Shown here piece by piece: positions 56,345-64,000 of a stretch of DNA of 64,000 bases (positions within the stretch are counted from its first letter, which is position 1; each line of letters starts with the position of its first letter). The stretch is from Eledone cirrhosa. Lineage: Eukaryota. A program made the position numbers and the translations under genes. The notes under the pieces are model-generated. The model was not told the origin of the DNA and did no database searches. It saw nothing but the letters and a program-made list of their open reading frames with translations. The stretch lies in contig OZ024766.1 of assembly GCA_964016885.1 (NCBI GenBank), forward strand, positions 14,880,001 to 14,944,000, written 5' to 3'.

Positions 56345-58288
56345 TACTGCACTGAGCTACAGCGCCCAAACTGGCATGAGATGTATAACTCTGGAGATGT
56401 GAACTCTATACTCCAGAGCATCCTGGACTCAATATGGATAGCGTGTGCAGCATCAGTGCCACAGAAGCGGAAAAATAACCACCCCAAAAGTGCAATCTGG
56501 GAAACTTCAGCGGTCCGACTTGCCAGGAAAGAACGTCGGAACGCTGAACGGGAATATAAACTGCATAGATCAGATGCCAACAGAAAAAAGTGGAATAAAT
56601 CTTCTAACCATCTCAAGCAAGTGACAAAGAAGGCAGTGCTTGAATTTGAACAGTGCATCGCAACCAATCCTGACAGTAAGGTGTTCTGGAAATATGTTCA
56701 TTCAAAGCAGAGACCTCACTCTCCAGTTGGTCCTCTTCGCAATCCCCACACAAGCCAGATCACTGACGATCCCAAGGAATGCGCAGAACTCATTGCTGAG
56801 TGCTATGCAAGTATTTTTACTGTTGAAAACCAGAATGTACCATCTTCACCATCTCTAACATCAAATTCCATAACAACTATGGAATTTACACCTGCAATGT
56901 TGCGACGTCACCTTAAGAATAAGCGCAACTATGCCTCCTCTGGTCTTGATGGTGTGACATACCTGCTTCTCAAACGTGGCGGGGATTTCCTTTTGCGCCA
57001 GCTTTCTTTTTTCTTTCAATACTGTCTCAGCAATGGTGCTACTCCGGAGCAGTGGAAAACTGCCAGTGTCATTCCCCTGTTCAAAAAGGGCAACCGCATG
57101 TCACCTGTCAACTATCGTCCAGTCAGTCTTACTAGCTGTATGGCCAAACTGATGGAATCCTGTGTCAGAGAAACACTTTGGAACTTCTGGAGCTCTCACA
57201 GCCTCATCCGGCCCTCACAGTTTGGATTTATCCCTAACTCCAGCTGCTGTGATCAGCTTATCGAGTTCCTTGAGGACATCACCCGGATCACTGACAGCGG
57301 CTCATGGGTGGATGTTGTTTATCTTGACTTTGCAAAGGCTTTTAATTCTGTGCCACACAAAAGACTTATGGCAAAACTCTCTGCAATGGGTGTGAGGGAT
57401 GATCTTTTCGACTGGCTGAAATCCTTCATTCTCAGCCGAAAGGAAGTAGTCACGGTTCTAGGACAGCATTCTTCACCATATGAGATGTCATCTGGTGTAC
57501 CACAGGGATCTGTTCTTGGTCCTCTTTTGCCATCTATTTAAAACTGTATACAGCTATGGTGCGACCACACTTGGAATTCGCATCATCAGTCTGGAACCCC
57601 TATCTTGCTCGGAACATTGACCTCCTGGAAACTGTTCAGAGACGTGCAACCAAGCGCATACTCTCCATCAGACACCTACCATACTCTGAACGCCTTGCTT
57701 CCCTGGGCATGGATTCATTGAAGCTCCGACGTCTGGCAATGGACTTGGTGAATACCCACAAAGTTTTTAACCATCTCGCCAACTGCAACCCTGAGCGCCT
57801 CTTTGATCTCCATGTGTCTAACACACGTGGACATGCCTACAAGATAAGAAAACAGCACAGCTCCCATGACTTTCGCAGACATTTTTTCACGCTCAGAGTT
57901 GCTGAAGCATGGAACAAACTGCCTGCGTCAATTGTTAGCTGCCGAGACACTGCATCCTTTAAGACACTCATGCTTCCCGAAATACGCCAAAACTACACCT
58001 GATGTGCCCCTTCCATACACATGCACACATGTGTGTATCATGACTCGTGCACTGTTCATTTTACTGATGTTTGTGCATTGCCCTATGTACTGTACATGCA
58101 CTTTTTTGATGGGTTGTGGGGCACCTGGGCACTGTGCACAATATTTCATTATTGTTATTGTTATTATATCATGACTCATACACTGTTTATTTTCCTGACA
58201 TTTGTACATTATTCTATGTACTATACATGCACCTTTGATGAGTTGTAGTGCACCTGAGCACTGTACACAATAATTTCATTATTATTAT
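56345..58288 (+). mobile_element. 5'-truncated CR1-type LINE with internal deletion
   Basis: NYRPVSLTS, QFGF, DVVYLDFAKAFNSVPH, SGVPQGSVLGPLL, then a jump to LYTAMVRPHLEFASSVWNP..TRGH..FFTLRVAEAWNKLP. (ATT)n tail; YADD segment missing. Confidence 0.93.
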
Positions 58289-58404
58289 AAAACCAGCAAC
58301 ACATCTTCCGTCAGAACATATTCCTGTCACTGAGTCACATTTGTTGCTGTCTACACAGTGACATATACCTTCACAGTTGCTGCCAAATCTACCATTCTGG
58401 CAGA
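58289..58404 (-). CDS. 5' part (116 nt) of EGF exon split by CR1
   Basis: ag|TC TGC CAG..: CQNGRFGSNCEGICHCVDSNKCDSVTGICSDGRCVAGF, then CR1 tail. Confidence 0.88.
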
Positions 58405-58691
58405 CTTTCAAAGAAACAAAAACATTGTTTGTTAATAAAAAAAAAAGCAAACCCTTTTTTTTTCAGAAACTTCTGGCGGAATCCCAAAGTCTCATATTTT
58501 TATATGGTTTGAATATAAATATACTTCTCTACCTTTTTTTCATGGAACCCCAGACATTCCTTTGCAGAACCCTTGGGTTCCATGGATCCCACTTTGGGAA
58601 TGACTAATAAAGAACAACCTAAAGTTTTGAGAGATAAAACAAGAATTCATATATGTTGCACAGAGTAATTAGCTTCTTTCATTTCACTCAC

Positions 58692-58829
58692 CTGTTTGAC
58701 AGTTGTTACCTTTATAGCCAGGTGTACACCCACCACTCGAACAGGTACCAGATTTAGGGTTACACGTGCTATTGTCATAGCAGTGACAGCTATAGCTACA
58801 ATCTTTACCAAACTTGCCACTGGAGCACT
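58692..58829 (-). CDS. EGF-like repeat exon
   Basis: 138 nt, tttcag|..|gtgagt: CSSGKFGKDCSYSCHCYDNSTCNPKSGTCSSGGCTPGYKGNNCQT. Not in the ORF track. Confidence 0.92.
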
Positions 58830-59478
58830 CTGAAATATAGAGCTATTATTTATTATTTATTCATGAGTGAATAAGAATTGTTTCGACTTTTGACATAAGG
58901 CCAGCAATTACCCCAGTGCATTACTGGTACTTTATTTTATCGACCCCGTAAGGACGAAAGGCAAAGTTAACCTTGGCGGGATTTGAACTCAGACCGTAAA
59001 GAACCATAACTCTATGCTGCAAAGCATGGCATCCGACGCTCTACCGATACTGCCAATCCACCACCCTCGCGATTCAATAATAATTATTTCTACTTTTTGC
59101 ACAAGGCTAGCAATTATCCCAGTGTATTACTGGTACTTTATTAGTAATACACTGGATAACAATAATGTTATAATAGTATTATAATATCATTAATATTCAG
59201 TTTGTTTGCCAGCAAACAGCCTCATAAACACCACGTGTGTTTTCTAGATGAACAATGTCATCCTTTTGTTGTAAAGGGGAAAGAAATGGGCAGAACTGTT
59301 GGAGTGTTTGTTGGATGAAATGCTTTGCAGAACTTCTGAGTTCTGAGTTCAAATCTTGCTCAGGTCAAACTTGAATGTCATTTTTACAAGCTTGATAAAA
59401 TAATGTACCAGTTAAATACTGGGGTAGATATAATCAACTGACTTTCTCTTTACTCCAAAATTAAGAAATCATTATTAA

Positions 59479-59698
59479 CCCTTTACCATTCACATTACTC
59501 TATATATAATATTGTATTTTCATGGTAAAGGCTTTATCTCACATAATTATCTCACATAATATCGAATCTATGAGATTTTGAAAGTATTTATTTTGAGAAC
59601 AATACCTTCACATCAGTTTGAGCGACCAGTTACAGCCAATATCAACAGAAAGAGGTAGAGAATTCTGGCCGGTTTGGGCCGGTTTGAACACGAAAGGG
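59479..59698. mobile_element. piggyBac-type MITE
   Basis: TTAA|CCCTTT...AAAGGG|TTAA. Related copies at 52126-52326 (left end missing) and 63395-63607 (inverted). Confidence 0.8.
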
Positions 59699-60431
59699 TT
59701 AATTAAAAACATTGGTACATTTGTGCTTTACATAGGTTTGGCTTGGTTTTACTGGTTGGGTATTCCTCTTGTAACCAACCACTTTACTGAGGGGCCTGGG
59801 TGCACCAGTTCTTGAGAGGTTGTACTAATTAGGGTGGCACCAAGTGGATACAAAATGTGGGACGAAAAGAAGAGAGAGGAGTCAGTTGAAAATGTCTGAG
59901 TGGAGGTGGCATAAACCTAGAATACTCCGAGGAACAGAGTCCAATATAGTAGTGGTGGAAAGCAGGAGGAGAAGGCACATGGGGAGAGTATCAGTGAAGA
60001 AGAGAAAAAATGGTGTATCCATTTGGTTTATAGTCAAGTTTTATTTTTTTTAAACAAGCACCTTTATAGGCTTAGTCGGCCTCCTATGAGGTTGTCACCC
60101 CATAGGAAGTATTCTGGGTGTTTCAATGGTAAGGACACCATGCCTATCATGTTGTTGTTACAGCTCACATTTATGTAGGTTTGGCTGGCCCCCTACAAGG
60201 ATGCACTCCATGGGAAATATTCTGGGTGTTTTAATAATAAGGACCCCAGGCCTATCATGTTGTTACAGCTCTACCTATGTAGGTTTAACTGGCCTCTGAC
60301 AAAAATGCACCCCAAAGGAGCCTCGGTCTTTTCATGTCACTCTTTCCTTGGTAAGTTTGGAATCTCACTTTGAAGTGCCATGTGCTCACCTAGAAATACA
60401 AATAGCATAGAAGATCTACTGAATGACTCAC

Positions 60432-60569
60432 CTGTCTGACAATTGCTACCTTGATAGCCAGCTTCACAGCCACCACTGGAACATACACCTGTGATGGGGT
60501 CACACTTGCTGTTGTTGGCACGGTGACATAAGTTAATACAGTTGTCACCAAATTTACCACTTCTACACT
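60432..60569 (-). CDS. EGF-like repeat exon
   Basis: 138 nt, cag|..|gtgagt: CRSGKFGDNCINLCHRANNSKCDPITGVCSSGGCEAGYQGSNCQT (CHC to CHR). Confidence 0.9.
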
Positions 60570-60609
60570 CTGGGTACATTAAATATGAAGAATATAGAAG
60601 TTAGATGGA

Positions 60610-61885
60610 ATGAGATGTGAAATGTATGTGATATACAATGTATGAGTTGTGAAATGTATGGGATGTGAAATGTATGGGATGTGAAATGTAGGAATATGAA
60701 ATGTAGTGGGTGTAAAATGTAGGGATGAGGAATGTAGGAGATGTGAAATGTAGGGATGAGGAATGTAGGGATGAGGAATGTAGGAGATGTGAAATGTAAG
60801 AGATGTGAAATGTAAGAGATGTGAAATGTAGGTGATGTGAAATGTAAGAGATGTGAAATGTAAGAGATGTGAAATGTAGGAGATGTGAAATGTAAGGATG
60901 TGAAATGTAAGGATGTGAAATGTAGGAGATGTGAAATGTAGGAGATGTGAAATGTAAGAGATGTGAAATGTAAGAGATGTGAAATGTAGGGGATGTGAAA
61001 TGTAAGAGATGTGAAATGTAGGAGATGTGAAATGTAGGAGATGTGAAATGTAAGGATGTGAAATGTAAGGATGTGAAATGTAGGAGATGTGAAATGTAGG
61101 AGATGTGAAATGTAGGATATGTGAAATGTAAGAGATGTGAAATGTAGGAGATGGAAATGTAGGAGATGTGAAATGTAAGAGATGTGAAATGTAAGAGATG
61201 TGAAATGTAGGAGATGTGAAATGTAGGAGATGTGAAATGTAAGAGATGTGAAATGTAAGAGATGTGAAATGTAGGAGATGTGAAATGTAAGGATGTGAAA
61301 TGTAAGGATGTGAAATGTAGGAGATGTGAAATGTAGGAGATGTGAAATGTAAGAGATGTGAAATGTAAGAGATGTGAAATGTAGGGGATGTGAAATGTAA
61401 GAGATGTGAAATGTAGGAGATGTGAAATGTAAGAGATGTGAAATGTAGGAGATGTGAAATGTAGGAGATGTGAAATGTAAGGATGTGAAATGTAAGGATG
61501 TGAAATGTAGGAGATGTGAAATGTAGGAGATGTGAAATGTAGGATATGTGAAATGTAAGAGATGTGAAATGTAGGTGATGTGAAATGTAAGAGATGTGAA
61601 ATGTAGGAGATGTGAAATGTAAGAGATGTGAAATGTAAGAGATATGAAATGTAGGGGATGTGAAATGTAAGAGATGTGAAATGTAGAAGATGTGAAATGT
61701 AGGAGATGTGAAATGTAGATGTGAAATGTAGGAGATGTGAAATGTAGGAGATGTGAAATGTAGGAGATGTGAAATGTAGGTGATGTGAAATGTAAGAGAT
61801 GTGAAATGTAGGAAATGTGAAATGTAAAGGTATGGATTGTATAATGTGAAATATAGATGTGAATTGTGTGAGATGTGAAATGTAG
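60610..61885. repeat. 14/15-bp intronic minisatellite
   Basis: gatgtgaaatgtagga / gatgtgaaatgtaaga / gatgtgaaatgtaag units over ~1.25 kb. Confidence 0.97.
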
Positions 61886-62335
61886 AGAATGTACAAGAAT
61901 AACAGTAAACATCAATAACAACAACAGCAACCATCAACAACAATAGTGGTGGTGGTGGTGGTGGTAGTGGAGGTGGTGGTGGTGGAGGTGGTGGTGGTAG
62001 TGGTGGTGGTGGTCGATGTGGTGGTGGCGGTAGTGGCAGTGGTGGTGGTAGTGGTAGTGGTGATGGTGGTGGTAGTGGTGGTGGTGGTGGTGGTAGTGGT
62101 GGTGGTAGTGGTGGTGGTGTGGTAGTGGTGGTGGTAGTGGTGGTGGTGGTGGGGGTAGTGGTGGTAGTGGTGGTAGTGGTGGAGCTGGTGGTGGTGGTAG
62201 TGGTGGTGGTGGTGGTAGTGGTGGTGGTGGTGGTAGTGGTGGTGGTAGTGGTGGTAGTGGTGGTAGTGGTGGTAGTAGTGATGATGATGATAATAACAAT
62301 GATGATATTTATGATGATGATAGTACACCACTTAC

Positions 62336-62473
62336 CTGTCTGACAGTTGCCACCTTCATATCCAGGAGCACATCCTCCATTAGAGCAGCTACCAGTCTGT
62401 GGCTTACATTTACTCTTGTCAGCACAATGACACATGTTTCGACAGTTTGGTCCAAATTTTCCTCTCTTACATC
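62336..62473 (-). CDS. EGF-like repeat exon
   Basis: 138 nt, tag|..|gtaagt: CKRGKFGPNCRNMCHCADKSKCKPQTGSCSNGGCAPGYEGGNCQT. Confidence 0.92.
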
Positions 62474-62834
62474 CTACAAATCAATCAATAACAAATATAT
62501 ATTTTGGTGTGTATTTGTGTGGCCTTGTGGTAAGGGTGTTGGATTTACAATCATAATGTTGTGAGTTCTATTCCTCAACTAGGTTGTGTGTTGTGTTCTT
62601 GAGCAAAAGTATTTCCATTCATGTTGCTCCAGTATAATAATAATTGTTTCTACTTTTGACACAAAGCCAGCAATTGCCCAGTACATTACTGGTACTTTAT
62701 TTTATCGACCCCGTAAGGATGAAAGGCAAAGTTAACCTTGGTGGGATTTGAACTCAGATCATAAAGGGACGTAACTCTATGCTTCAAAGCATGGCGTCCG
62801 ACTCTCTACCAATACTGACAATCCACCACTCCAG

Positions 62835-63030
62835 TATAATAATAATAATAGTGAAATTATTGTGTACAGTGCTCAGGTGCACTATAACTCATCAAAGGTG
62901 CATGTAAAGCACATAGAATAATGAACAAATGTCAGGAAAATGAACAGTGTATGAGTCATGATAAACATATGTACGTGTGTATGGAGGAGGGATATCAGGT
63001 GTAGTGTTGGCGAATTTCAGGAAGCTTGGA
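62835..63030 (-). mobile_element. CR1 3' end fragment
   Basis: Reverse complement of 57965-58288 and 53815-53990, including the (AAT)n tail. Confidence 0.85.
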
Positions 63031-63826
63031 GATCAGTGCCAGTAATAGCTGGTGATTTAACCTTGGGATGGACTGGTGCCCTGTCCAGGGGAAGTTTTGT
63101 ATTTTAAGTCACTTCATGCCATAGATAGCACTGGCCTGATGACCCTCAGCACTCGAGACACACTTTAGACATTTTTTGTTTTTGTATATTCAACAGCCCA
63201 GTCCTTCTAACTGTCGGTAGGTATCACACTGAGCAGAGTCCACTGTATTCCCACACCTGGACAGGATGCTAGTCCATTGCATGGTATTTCACTGCTATAT
63301 TATTCTATCTACTCCAAAAGTATGACAGAAAAAGTTGATTTTGGTGGGATTTGAATACCGTTTTAAAAAAGAACTCAAAATCACAACCCATTAAAACCTT
63401 TAGAATTTAAACCGGCCACAATTCTCTCACTTCTTTATGTTCAAACCAGCCATAAACTGGCTGCTCATACTTATGTTAAGGTATTGTTCTCAAAATAGAT
63501 AATATCAAAATCTCATAGATTTGATATTATGTGAGATAATTATATGAGATAAAGCCTTTACTGTGAAAATATAATAGTGTATATGAAGTAGTGTAAATGC
63601 TAAAGGGTTAATCTGTAACTCTACTGCCCCTGCTACTCACATCTTCCTTATGATCAACATTTAACATTCACTTCCCCTGTAACCAAGAGTGGGATGTGTC
63701 AACAGAGACCGACTCAGAACTTAATCGGAGCTACTGACCTCTCAGATGTTACTGGATGTGACTGAAGACTACATTCATCCATTTGTCTGGTAGATTCTCT
63801 AAAGAAATAGAACTACAAAAGAGCAC

Positions 63827-64000
63827 ACACGTGTCTGACAGGTGCTACCTTATAACCAGGACCACACCATCTACTGTAACACACCTGTCTGACAGATGAT
63901 ACCTTATAACCAGGACCACACCATCTACTGTAACACACGTGTCTGACAGGTGCTACCTTATAACCAGGACCACACCATCTACTGTAACACACCTGTCTGA
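63827..64000. repeat. 54-bp tandem repeat (alternating A/B variants) resembling the 3' half of an EGF exon; runs off window
   Basis: acac(g/c)tgtctgacag(gtgc/atga)taccttataaccaggaccacaccatctactgtaac, three copies plus the start of a fourth. Confidence 0.9.

Noticed and set aside
56294-56350. Signal-peptide-like start (MEIRYLVLLTILAVSSLYC) on the CR1 ORF suggesting a secreted RT
   Set aside because: It is the antisense of the split EGF exon end and intron, in frame by chance with the truncated CR1.
60563-62435. HFTSPTFHISYIS repeat ORFs joined to EGF sequence
   Set aside because: This is an intronic 15-bp minisatellite. The flanking EGF exons have their own canonical splice sites.
63130-63170. 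CTGATGA..GAGAC motif (also 55720-55750) as a hammerhead
   Set aside because: It is part of the Nin/Deu-like SINE 3' region, with no GAAA and no stems I or III.

Overview
Repeat-saturated, AT-rich eukaryotic DNA with no prokaryotic features. The SINE, RTE, Penelope and C2H2-ZNF content is most consistent with a coleoid cephalopod (octopus-like), which is an inference. Most long ORFs in the supplied track are microsatellite read-throughs. Host genes: (i) a 9-finger C2H2 zinc-finger ORF (23800-24780, minus) whose tenth finger is cut off and reads in frame into a CR1-type RT fragment; (ii) five 138-nt, phase-1/1 EGF-like exons of a MEGF10/Draper/SCARF-like or EGF-receptor gene (minus, 53.2-62.5 kb), one of which is split exactly in two by a CR1 insertion. 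Mobile DNA: an internally deleted Helitron (Pif1), several RTE LINEs with an internal PHD-like Cys-rich insert, a CRE-like fragment with a PHD finger, CR1 pieces, a Tc1/mariner relic, piggyBac- and hAT-type MITEs, tRNA-derived SINEs, and several Penelope-like element (PLE) remnants. The main non-coding signal is nine type-I hammerhead ribozyme motifs, from intact to degenerate, several of them in inverted-repeat or palindromic PLE-like cassettes and with visible stem covariation. Three satellites appear to have arisen in place from recognisable templates: a 4.1-kb array from a PLE RT coding segment, a 54-bp array from an EGF exon end, and an RTE 3'-tip/(TA)n array.
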